Positions 40,873 to 53,279 of a stretch of 64,000 bases of DNA are shown piece after piece. The stretch's first letter is position 1. Every line of letters begins with the position of its first letter. A program made the translations under genes and the position numbers. Origin of the DNA: Antedon mediterranea (taxonomy: Eukaryota; Animalia; Echinodermata); NCBI RefSeq assembly GCF_964355755.1, contig NC_092675.1, positions 179,612 to 243,611 of the forward strand, in the 5' to 3' direction. Below the pieces are notes generated by a model. The model saw nothing but the letters and a program-made list of their open reading frames with translations. It was not told where the DNA came from and made no database searches.

Positions 40873-43318
40873 TCAAGCGATGCGATCTAGAGATTGGGTT
40901 GAGCGAGAGAATCCCTTCTTGTTTAACGACGTCGAAGAGCCGTAACTTGGTCGTGGCGAATGACTCTCCGGTCGTAGGTAATATACTTTCTTATTATTCA
41001 GTGACGCTAATGAATTACTTTTGTAAGCTAAATTACTCTGGGAAGGAGAACCTCTCCTGTTAGATATTGTAGACTTTGGAGAATCTCGTGAAAGATTATC
41101 AATTGAGATGCTCTTTGTATGTTTATGACTTTTAAATCCACAAGTGCGTTTTACCTTTCTGTAGCAACATACACAGATACAGCAGCATAGCAAATTTAGA
41201 AAACCAATTCCTCCACACAGTATAGCAATGTAAATTACACTTAGGCTTGTTATGCAGCATGTACTTTCATTGCAGCAAGGGTCTGTGCATTTTTCGGACG
41301 TAACTGCGCACTGTGCACTGTTTATCGTTGGACAGCAGTCAATTGGACAGTTGTCCACTGTTTCTCCGGTGTCCTTAACACAGAATCCATCACCGCAGAA
41401 GTTGGTTTCTTGAGGTACACTATGAGAAAAATATATACGATTTGCAAATACTATTTTACATTAACACATTGTAGGCATATGTTGCAAGTATTGTACAGTT
41501 ATGTTAGTCACGCATTTTCCATGTGTTTGAAACAATTATTGTCGATTGTAGTTGCTTACAATTAACACGAGAATTTAACTTTGCTTTTTCAATTTATCAT
41601 CTGACCTAAACTTATAATACTAGACAATTAACTTACTTATTGATTGCAAACAGAGTTGATAAGCAAATCAAAGCATATTACACTTACTAACAATAGAAAA
41701 TTACATATGATGGTAGGTCATTTATCTTATGTTATTTATGTATTGAGTTTAGAGCTTTCCTTTCCTTTCCTTAAACTGCAACAAAATTATTATTTACCTT
41801 TTTGATTCATCTAGATAAGCTACTTCTTGTGCTGCGCATGCTCCCTTGAAGCATTCGGACCATATCCAACATCTCTCATTGTCGTCATTTATTCCTGTTA
41901 GTTTCCAACGAGCAGTACACCTATAGAATCCAAATATATTAATTTAAAAATACATTTCCATAAAAATGTGATTACATTTTAAATTCGCATTTACGTATAA
42001 ATGGTCTCTCACAACAGGAAGGATGTCCCCTGACCACAACACACTTGTACTTGTAACCCAGTGAAAGTACACGGATAGAACAATATCCTGATAGAACAAG
42101 TATTTTAAACTAGCTGCGTCATGTTAGGTTCCATCCATGAAGTCCACAAACGGTGCAGCAAAACAAAGCTACGAATCGCAATTGTGCCAAAAACCTGCCT
42201 TGATACGGTACCGTGTAGGCCTGCAGGAATCATGTGAATTTTGTGTTTTGTCGAGGGTTTTTGTGCTTTGTATTTTCGTCTCACAGAAACGTATATTGTA
42301 TGCATTATGGAAATGATGATTTCACTTAATTGAATTATGAGAAAGCTTGTATCAGGAAAATAATGTATGGAGTAAATGTATTTCTAGCAGTAGCCCGTGC
42401 TAATTCTATTCCATCTCAACCTCAAACATCAAGGGTTAGGGTTGGTTGGGCATTATGTTGGTGGGGCTTGGTATAAAATATAAAAGTAAAATAATCGTCT
42501 ACTTACTTGGCAGTAGCCCATTTCTTGCCGTTACATTTTCCACAATTGAATTCAGAATTTATATTCTTTGTGTAAATTGTTTCTCCATACGGGGAACAAT
42601 CATAATTTGAAGAACCAACATTCTATACAAACAGAGATAAAAGTTAGCTTAAATTTAAATAAAGAAGGTAGATGAAAAAACGAAATGTTCCAAATTCAAT
42701 TTCACTCCTAAATTAACTTAAGTGTAAAGGTAACGTTTAAACTTTGAATAAATAATAAATATCTAGACTGTAGATTATAATATGTTGATTATATATAAAT
42801 TTTAAAATGCACACAATTAAAACATTTAAATGAAGAAAAAAAATATCAATGCCTAAAGTTGTACAGTAATAAATTATCTATCTTGAAAATTTGGGGATCG
42901 CACTGTAAACACTGGAGGAAAAAATCATCAGAAGAGAGAACTTGTTTACACTTTTCCTTGACTTATCAGTCCTGAGTCCCTGAAGTACCAATTTTGTACA
43001 GATTATTTGTGGGGAAACTAAATTGTTATATGCATAATTGCACCGGGGATGTAGATGGGAAGGAGAGGTGTCTGTTACAGTTATAAACGCCAAAAATTAA
43101 GATTATAAAAAAATTGTAAAGCTTACATTGGTGCAGTTTGTGTCCCCCTTGCAGCAGGTGTAATATCTCTTACTCGTTGCATTTAAGTCAAAATTGTAAC
43201 ATTCTTCGTTAGGAATATCTACTTGTCTTTTCACTTTTGATATATCATTAGTCCCAACATACTTCGCGTCTGTATACATTAGCATAACGCATAACAAAGC
43301 AAGATACATTTTAAACAT
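40873..43318 (-). CDS. Uncharacterised cysteine-rich type I membrane protein, paralog A (4 exons, ~325 aa)
   Basis: Exons 43127-43318, 42507-42622, 41798-41920, 40873-41419 (intron phases 0,2,2; all GT-AG; 978 nt). Signal peptide MFKMYLALLCVMLMYTDA, KVKR site, 22 ectodomain Cys including CGDGFC...CPIDCC, TM VIYIAILCGGIGFLNLLCCCICVCC, and a Ser/basic-rich tail. Confidence 0.85.
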
Positions 43319-45323
43319 TTTGTAATGGATACGAAATAAAATATATCAAATATTTTTCACAATAAAACAATGTGTTTCTGGAAGTGACTGATATTGATCT
43401 AGTTTGTCCCTTTAAATACCTTGGAAGGCGTCATAAAACTCACGCTAGCCATCTTCCGGATCGGAAACAATTACTTTGCGTATATATACGGTCTTACCGG
43501 AAATCTTCTGTCAAACCATTTTAATAGGTCAATCGTATGTTTAAGGTGTTGTTTAGTATTTTTTTTTAATCAAATTATTTATTGTGTCAGTACTGTCAAG
43601 TGAAATTTTTCTGTGTTTTTTTGTCGGAATTATTTTTTATTTAAAATTCTTAGTGGCCTACGGTATGCTAACTAAAACAATCTAGTAATCTATGGACCTT
43701 AAATATATTTCAGATGTTAAAAAAGCACGTGAAATTGTTATTATTTGGCTGTTTTAATTTGTGTTGAAATGTAGTCCAACCGGAGCAGTGTCATTTGTAG
43801 ACCGTATATTGACCCTTCCTCCTTCTATCTACAAGATCTCCTGCGCGCTTAAATAGTTTGAGGATTTGTGTGAATGTACACATCTCGCAGCACTCTTTGA
43901 CATTTGCAATTTCTAGTTAATATGTTTAGGTCCATTAATTCAGTCATGACTATCTATGCTGTCATTGTAGTCATTGTTATTATTATTAAACCACATATTT
44001 AACTGGGAATTGCATCAGAAATCCCTTATGTACATCCTATTAGAATAGTTCGTTTATATTCCCGCGGTTGATACGTGTCCTGTCAATACAAGTTCCGGAT
44101 TAAACAATGTCACATTCAACAATGTCACAGTTATCTGGTGTCATTACAGATTACAACTTATTTTATAGTACAATATTACTAAATAAATGTTTTCTTTACT
44201 TAAGTTATACATACATTGCAATTAAAAATGGATAAGTTACTATTATATTTACTGCGCCAACTCCAAATTTAACAGACGAATAGTCCCCACATAATATATT
44301 TCTCATATTGTTTGGCTTTCCTCCAATATCCCTTGAATTTACCATATGAGGTGATGTTTTTGTTTATAATACAGATGTATCTGTATTTCCTTTTCAATTG
44401 TTTTACATATTGTTGTATAATGCAACATATACATTATAAAGCTCTCATTTTAATTTAATTTATTCTTTAAAATATAATTTTTTTATTTTCATTTTTATCC
44501 CCACCACCATAATAACATTTTTTACAATTTTTTTAAACATTTTGTTTATTTTTCATTTTCTTTAAAGATATTGCCCCTAAAAAAAGTTATAGTTATTCAC
44601 GTTGACCAAGGATCAAATAAAAAGTTATTTACCTGAAAAAATGTAATTTAAAGCAAAAAATGCTTCAAAAAAATTGACCGTTTCTTTTGTCTTTTTATAG
44701 GCCTAAGTGAAATAATTATTTTTGGGGGTTTTTTTTACAGAAGTGAATAACTTTGTTTAAACTGCAGAATGTCCTATTTAAATCTGATTTTATTAATCTT
44801 CATTGTTCATGTTTTTGGGGGACAATACATCTTTAAAATATTGTGTCTAATCTTTGTTAGAAGTTTCAGTAAATCCACAATGCACATAAATCAAAGGAAA
44901 CTTATTTTTTGTCAACTTGTTGACCGGTACGGTATGAGTGAAATTACAATGTAGTTTCACTCATCCCTGATACAACAACTTTATATAGGTATTGGATTAT
45001 GAATGCGGATTAATCGTAATAACGATAAACTTTTAAAACATTCTCCTATAACAAGCACGTTTAAGTACAACATATATTATTAATTAATTATTGAAATTAT
45101 ATTATTGAAAACAGCAAAAGGCCAACTAATCCTGTTATTTCTTCAGAATTTTGGAGATAATAAAGTTTTCCTTATACCAGAGAAAATGAACTGCGGGAAT
45201 TTCTTATCTCCTGACCATAAACTGTCCCCCTCTAACGTATTGCCAAATTATTGTTGTCACAATTATGATTCGATATCATTTTATTTACGTTGGTATGGTA
45301 ACCGTGTGTTAGTTCAAAATTAT

Positions 45324-48254
45324 CTAATTTCTTGGGTTAGAAGGAGGAGGCTGTACATATTCAATTTGAACAGATTCTGTTTTGGCGGCGTAAGCTTTTG
45401 CCTTTCTTGATCGCTTTCTTCTTTTGATGTTGTTTTTACAATTTCCGTAAATACACCAGCAACATATACAGCACAATAGGTTTACAAAAAGTATAGCTCC
45501 AGCTATAATAATCAAAAACCACTTCCAGAAGCCTTCCCCAAAATCCCCAAGGCTGCTTGGAACCAGATCACAACAATGTTTTTCTGAGCAACAAATATCA
45601 GGACATGTATTATTAGTAGCAGCACATTTTTTAGGGTTTTCAGCGGCACAACAATCGAGCGGACACGTTATTTTCGTTTCATTCTTAATCGGTTCGCAAA
45701 GCCCATCACCACAAAAACTTAGGTCTACCTGAACCCTATAGAACAAAACGTTTGTTAGAATTAGAAAAGTAATCACTAATTCATTAAGATAGCCTTTATA
45801 AGTATATTAAATAATATTAATAATAGAATAATATATTATATAAACTCTTTTGGTAATATATAGTGCTACTTTGTTTTTAATTATAAAATTGAAATAGGAA
45901 TGTAGCATTTTTATTATATACATAAATACAAAATTAAATCAGTAAATAAATAACAACTTTTTCATTTTGTGTCTGAAAATTAACTTTATAATAAATATAA
46001 GGATGTGTAGTTTTAGCTACACGATCTTTTCCCGAGTCACCGTTCAGAATATTATACATAATATTTATAACAAAGATTATTCTTTGCGTTAGGATAAATA
46101 CAAGTTTTGGTAATTCTGGACCAAAATGATCGTATAAAATATATAATATTAACATTTTTATAGCGCGCATTTCTATGACATTTATTACAATCAATTACAG
46201 TATTATCAATACTTGTTTGAAATAATGTGTTTAACTGCTTTAAACTGAATATGGTCATTCAATACCACTTAATGCTATTGTATTAAACGTATACAAAATA
46301 TTGTGGTATAAAGATCTACTGTTGTAAAATTAACATATTAAGATGTGGATACAATTGATTTAATACATGATGAATGCTATCTTACTCATTTCCAATCTGT
46401 AATTGATCTTCCTGAGCCTGACACGCTCTTTTAAAGCAGTCAGACATCGCCCAGCAGTTGAAAGAACCATGTTTGCCAAGCCAAAACCAACGAGATCCAC
46501 ACCTGATTAAATTATGCAAGAATTTCATTATATACTAAGTGTTATAGTCCTATGTAAAACAAGTATTGACTTAATTAATGATAATATATAGTTGGAAAAG
46601 AGACATTTTTAAGTAAATGCGAGTACAAGAAAAACAAATTGATACACGTGAGCCCGATAAACAAACACAGAAAATAAGAAATACATCGATATTGGTTATA
46701 AAATAGATAATAGATACAATTTAATATGAATGGCAAGATGATTGCGAGGGCGCCCCGCAATCATTTTATATTTGTTGTGTCCCACCTTGAGTTCAAAATC
46801 GTAACTATAATATCAACAGGACATTTGATTGCATTGTAAAGCTTTGTATGTGATGTGCCCATATATGGACATGATGATGTCATATCAATACCATTATTTG
46901 GACATATCACTATATTTGGGCACATTAACTTTTTTTTGTCAAACTAGTTTGATAGTGTAGACAGAGCTTTATAGCGTTTATAAAAGAAAAATAAATAGCA
47001 ATATAGGTGGTGTTTCCACGAAAGATATAAAGGGAAATATTAACAGAACACACACACTGCATACGGTTCCTTTTCTGACTTTATAATAACGATATTACCA
47101 GTAATAATGATTTCTATCCTGACATAAATTTAATTTATAACTTAAACTGAAATATACCTTGACGTTTTGGTTCTGGCAGAAATGTGTAGATTTTAAGATA
47201 TTATTTCTTCAGATCGCTTTCGCAACTCAACATTTATTTGATGTTTTATTTATTTATTATTTTGGAGATGGCAGCTAGTATTAAATGAAACTAATTCTGG
47301 ATGATCAAATACTAAATACTATTTTACTAATTTTTTTCAACCACATAATTTCAGTTAAGTTTAGCTGATATACTTACTTGTCTTTAGCCCAAGTTTGACC
47401 AGCGCAGCCAGCACAATCAAAATATTCGGTTTTATGTATTTTCATGTATGTAGATTTTTGTGGTTTACAATCAAAAACATGGTTTTTCTCATTAAAACTC
47501 TGTAAAATATAATAAAGTAATTATGAATTTAGTAACTTGTACAGCAAAACTAAATGACCAACTAATTGGAAAACCAAATATATCACAGCATATTCAGACA
47601 ACACTTCCGAGAGATCGGACTTTCAATCGCCCACACAACTCGAGCGGATTGTAAAATACTTATAAGAAGTATATTCATTTTATTTTGTAAGCGCCCTCAG
47701 TTTCTTGTGTTCTTTGAAGAATTCTGAAACAGGAAAACTTAACGCCTTGGCTATATTCCTCAGCTAATTACGTACAATTTTGACCATCTTTAGGACAAGA
47801 TTTAAAATTATGTAAACAGTAAAGTTGTTTTTTTTAGATTTTAGAAAACTTAAATATTAACCAAAACCAAATCTCTATATCATAAATATGTTCACATGAA
47901 CGTAAAACAGAGTGGAAAATGCTTTTAAATTTGAATTAATAGTAGGTCGAAACTGCTTATGATAATAATAGAACAATAATGTGTACAAACCGTAGAACAG
48001 GCAGCTGGTTTGTTTACCGTTGCTGGTGTAGAATCAGTTTTACAACACGAATGATAATTCCTAAATGATATTCCCATTCGAATTTCAAAATTGTAACATT
48101 CCAAGTTCGGTTCAATCGTTGTTTCAGCAATGGCTGTCGTTTCTATAACTTGTCGAACTTGTCTTGAACTAATTTCTTTACTAAGAGAAACGTCCAGTAA
48201 TAAACACAAAGTAATACTAACAGCATTTGCTAAACATTTTCTTAAAGCAGTCAT
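45324..48254 (-). CDS. Uncharacterised cysteine-rich type I membrane protein, paralog B (4 exons, ~304 aa)
   Basis: Exons 47991-48254, 47378-47499, 46386-46502, 45324-45735 (phases 0,2,2; all GT-AG; 915 nt). Signal peptide, RQVR site, same Cys skeleton as paralog A, TM WFLIIIAGAILFVNLLCCICCWC, and a basic tail ending YVQPPPSNPRN. Confidence 0.85.
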
Positions 48255-48644
48255 GTTGACCAATATCTTCCAGATTGTTTATAAAGCTAACCTATTCTTG
48301 ATTTAAACTTTTCGGAAAGAAAGTTATCAAAGAAAGTAAAACTGATAGAAATTCCAATTAAATGGCCGCGTAGTTATAAGAAAAGTTCCTCCCTTATTTC
48401 AGTAATCTAATCATGGTATGGGCCAATGCCATCAGTACTACAGAATACGCACTTCCCCCTTCTCTTTACGATGAGTCAACAGACTGAATCTAGTTTATTT
48501 CGATTCATCACCACATCTCAAGCTCTGTCTACACTATTAAAAAAATGTGATGTGCCCATATATGGACACGATGACATCATATCACTACCATATCTGAGCA
48601 TGTTTTGCCTCATCACAAATCAATTTTGTTATTATTTTGGTACT

Positions 48645-49996
48645 ATATGATATATAGAGCAATTTTATCGCATAACAATTGAATTTTAAAAACCTGATAT
48701 TTTGACCATTTTCGAAAAAATCACTGTACTATAGTACAGGGATTTTTTCAAAAATGGCCAATTTTCGACCCTTTTATTTTTCGACATAACTGGTGTCTAT
48801 GGTACTATAAGATGATGATAAAGCAATATATGATCATATGGAGCAATTTTATCGCATAATAATTGAATTGTAAAAACCTGATGTTTTGGCCATTTTTCGA
48901 AAAAATCCCTGTACTAAGGGTACTGTAGTACATGGATTTTTTCGAAAATGGCCAATTTTCGACCCTTTTATTTTTCGACATAACTGATGTCTATAGTACT
49001 ATAAAATGATGATAAAGCAATATATGATCATATAGAGCAATTTTATCGCAAAATAATTGAATTTATAAACCCGATATTTTGGCCATTTTTCTAAAAAATC
49101 ACTGTACTATAGTACAGGGATTTTTTCAAAAATGGCCAATTATCGACCCTTTTATTTTTCGACAAAACTGATGTCTATAGTACTATAAAATGATGATAAA
49201 GCAAAATATGATCATATAGAGCAATTTTATCGCATAACAATTGAATTTTAAAAACCTGATATTTTGACCATTTTCGAAAAAATCACTGTACTATAGTACA
49301 GGGATTTTTTCAAAAATGGCCAATTTTCGACCCTTTTATTTTTCGACAAAACTGATATCTATGGTACTATAAGATGATGATAAAGCAATATATGATCATA
49401 TGGAGCAATTTTATCGCATAATTGAATTGTAAAAACCTGATGTTTTGGCCATTTTTCGAAAAAATCCCTGTACTAAGGGTACTATAGTACATGGATTTTT
49501 TTCCAAAATGGCAAATTTTCGACAAAACTGATGTCTATAGTACTATAAAATGATGATAAAGCAATATATGATCATATAGAGCAATTTTATCGCAAAATAA
49601 TTGAAATTTAAAAACCCGATATTTTGGCCATTTTTCAAAAAATCACTACTATAGTACAGGGATTTTTTCAAAAATGGCCAATTATCGACCCTTTTATTTT
49701 TCGACAAAACTGATGTCTATAGTACTATAAAATGATGATAAAGCAAAATATGATCATATAAAGCAATTTTATCGCATAACAATTGAATTTTAAAAACCTG
49801 ATATTTTGACCATTTTCGAAAAAATCACTGTACTATAGTACAGGGATTTTTTCAAAAATGGCCAATTATCGACCCTTTTATTTTTCGACATAACTGGTGT
49901 CTATGGTACTATAAGATGATGATAAAGCAATATATGGTCATATAGAGCAATTTTATCGCATAATAATTGAATTTTAAAAACCCGATATTTTGGCCA
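48645..49996. repeat. ~185-bp tandem repeat (~7 units), each unit with a long internal palindrome
   Basis: GAGCAATTTTATCGCA recurs about every 175-193 bp. Each unit contains GGCCATTTTTCGAAAAAATC.CTGTACTATAGTACAGGGATTTTTTCAAAAATGGCC or a close variant. Confidence 0.92.
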
Positions 49997-51016
49997 GGAA
50001 ATGACAAGATTTCGACCAAACTGATTCACTATAAGATGATGGTAACGCTAGTGTTTTTAGTCTCTACAGCTCACTATGTCGGTCGGTCGGTAAACACTAA
50101 CTTGAGCACGCGACTGCAGCCATGTATATGGCTTTGTTAAATGTCATACTGTGTTTAAAGCTTTATTCAGGTCCCATGTCATTCTTTTCCAGAAAAAAAA
50201 GAAATAACGATGCTTATTATTGCTTTTTTAATGAATAAAAAAATTATATATTTCACAAAACGTACATAAAAAGAGCCAATTATAAACAATACCATACATG
50301 TATATGTATTGTTACAAAATGTGTATTATAAAACTAATATTCTCCTAAACTGGGAGTGAAAATGAGATTTAAGTAAGATGAATCGGCAGCGGTGTTGTGA
50401 CCTGAAGTCAATGAACCTTAAATCTAATCACAAACACTGAAAGAAATTACATTGAAGTTTCATTATATTGCCAAAAAATAGAAATATAAAAAAGTGGAAG
50501 ACCAACATTATTTCAGAATCTATTTCTGTAGGCCTCTACATTAGTTAAAAACCTTGCCCGATAGATTTTTAGCTATTATTAAAAATTATGTTTTTGCCGA
50601 AGATAAAGTATGAATTTTACAACTTGGCTAACAAATTCAGCATATAAACTGCAGTGCAACAACAATACCAACATAAACACCATTGATAAATAAGTCACAA
50701 TATAAATATTCACCATACAATAAGTACAACATCAACACAATTTTTACATAAATACCACAAACCACAGTCGCTTTTTGATAAAATTGCATTAAATGAAATT
50801 TTGTTCAATGAAATTATCATTATTATTATGATGTGCGACACATTCTGTACTCAATACAACAACAAACATGGTGTGATTTGGATTCCACATCAAAACACCA
50901 ACAGTTTCTTTGATATCAAAAGAATAAGTTGGCTTTTGACATTATAATAAGTTTCACATCGTCTAGCCACACTCCAGAGTTTATACACACAACACCAACC
51001 AGTGTATTAATGTGTG

Positions 51017-51208
51017 CACAAACTCAAGACAGTAAGATTGTAATCTTTCTCTTTATAAAGAGCTAATATAAATAGTAGTACAAACTCAAGACAGTAAGGT
51101 TGTAATCTTTCTCTTTATAAAGAGCTAATATAAATAGTAGTACAAACTCAAGACAGTAAGATTGTAATCTTTCTCTTTATAAAGAGCTAATATAAATAGT
51201 AGTACAAA
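51017..51208. repeat. 62-bp tandem repeat x3
   Basis: ACAAACTCAAGACAGTAAG.TTGTAATCTTTCTCTTTATAAAGAGCTAATATAAATAGTAGT three times. Confidence 0.92.
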
Positions 51209-53279
51209 TTTACCATCACAAAGGAAGACAAACTTTAAGTACGGTATTCTTTTCAAAATGACAAAATTTAAAAATCCTAAATCTATATAAAACTTTTAAA
51301 TTTTATAAATCTTCGTTTTCAATCAGTGTGTGAATTGACAGCTAACATCATTTCATGCATATACAATGCATATAATTACTATATATAGACATATAATTAC
51401 TATATTTGGTCATATAATGAGCAAATCTTGGTTATGGTATTATGGGAAAACATGAATATAAATTATGGAATATATTGACTAAATATTGGCACGAGACACA
51501 TATTTGACGAAACAATTTGCTTAAATTCTTAAAAAGCTACATTTCAAAACAAATTTGTGAAAATGATTGTATTAAACCATTTTCCCGTCAATGTCAACTA
51601 TATGTTTGCTTAATTTTAAGTATTATAAATAAGCATTTGACCAAGGCTACAAATCAGCCTTGATGTGACCAAGCACAAATTGACAAATTTACTGTATTTA
51701 CAGTATATAGCATAAATGAAGTATCCAATACCTTAAATGATATTTAACTACAGATCCAAAATAACGACTTTTGTAGTATAAAATATAGACAATACAGGAA
51801 TATATAAAAGAAATTTGTAAAAAATATATTGTACTTTATAAAGTATACAAAATAAAACTATAATACAAAAGGCATTTATACAAAGTAGTTTCTTTGATCT
51901 TATAAAAGCACCAAATTAACTATAAATACCTATTACAAATTATATAAAACTATAAATGATAACAAGAAACGGTAGGAACATGATATGGCAAACATTTAAA
52001 CAATATATAGAAACAACCAATATAAAATAATAATACTATTTATTATATAAAAGTATATATATTTGTTATTATAACCAGGAATCCCAAGGAAGCATATTAT
52101 TTTATCAGAATGTATATTGTACTGTTTTATACATATTTAAGCTACTGTTCATCACAACATAGGAATTGTTGTTGTAGTAATATACACCGGTTCTCCCATC
52201 CAAGCCCCAAATATGATTATTAATGTTTTGTTAGTAGTAGCATATGATACAGTTTATTTATTAATAAATTTAATATGAGTTCCTTCAATTTCTATTAATT
52301 TTAAGTAAAAAATTACAAGAATTTTCTTTACAACAAATTTATGACTTTTCAATAAAATATATTCAAGAATTCTATGGAAATTATTTTTTTTTGTAAAAAT
52401 ATTTGTTGTGTGTAAATCTTTAAAGTCATGAAAACAAAATATACTGATTTATATTGTAGAAATTATGTAAGAAATGTTTATTTCAAAAGTTTTTATTTTG
52501 TAAACGGTGGTAAAAATAATATTAAGTTGATTAAAGCGTAAAGATAATTTATAAATTATTAATTTTTTATACCACACTCAAAAGGGTGGTTTTCGTGTAT
52601 AAAAGTTGGTAAATGGATATTCAACCACCTCAGCTGTGGACTGATTAAAACAAACCAGTTTACACACAAGTTTAAAGCCCCTTTACACACTGAGGTATGC
52701 TGAGGAAGCATCATCATGTTTATTATTAGATGGTTACCATAGTTTCTGAATAATGCTGACTGGGCATGACGAAAATAATCAATAGTTATACTTTGCCATA
52801 TTATTATATAATTATTAAATTCTAATGGAAAGACACAGGCCCTAAACTATTCAGCATAATGCTGAAATAAATATATAATTAATAGATAGGGAGAATATAA
52901 CCTCACCAACCGTAACACAAATTATATGTTATGTAAAATGCAGATACCCAACCAATAGACAACTGATTTAAAAGCACTATTGAATTAATATTGTATGACT
53001 GATGAACTTTCTTCTTTTGGAAAATAAAAAGTTATGAAGTTGCACCTCACAAAATATTGAGGGCAATCTTCATTAACACATTTCACTAGATCCTGAAGAT
53101 TCTACTAAGTTATAAAAGTACAAAAAAAGTTTGAAAAAGAAACCACAAATGTTTTAAAAGTTTACTGTACAAAGTCATTCTAAATGTCTTAAAACTACCT
53201 GCATGTAAAGTGCTTCTTACACATAATCTTGTCTTGTATTTCATAAAAACCTTCACATTTTGTGTCAGCACATCTTAAA

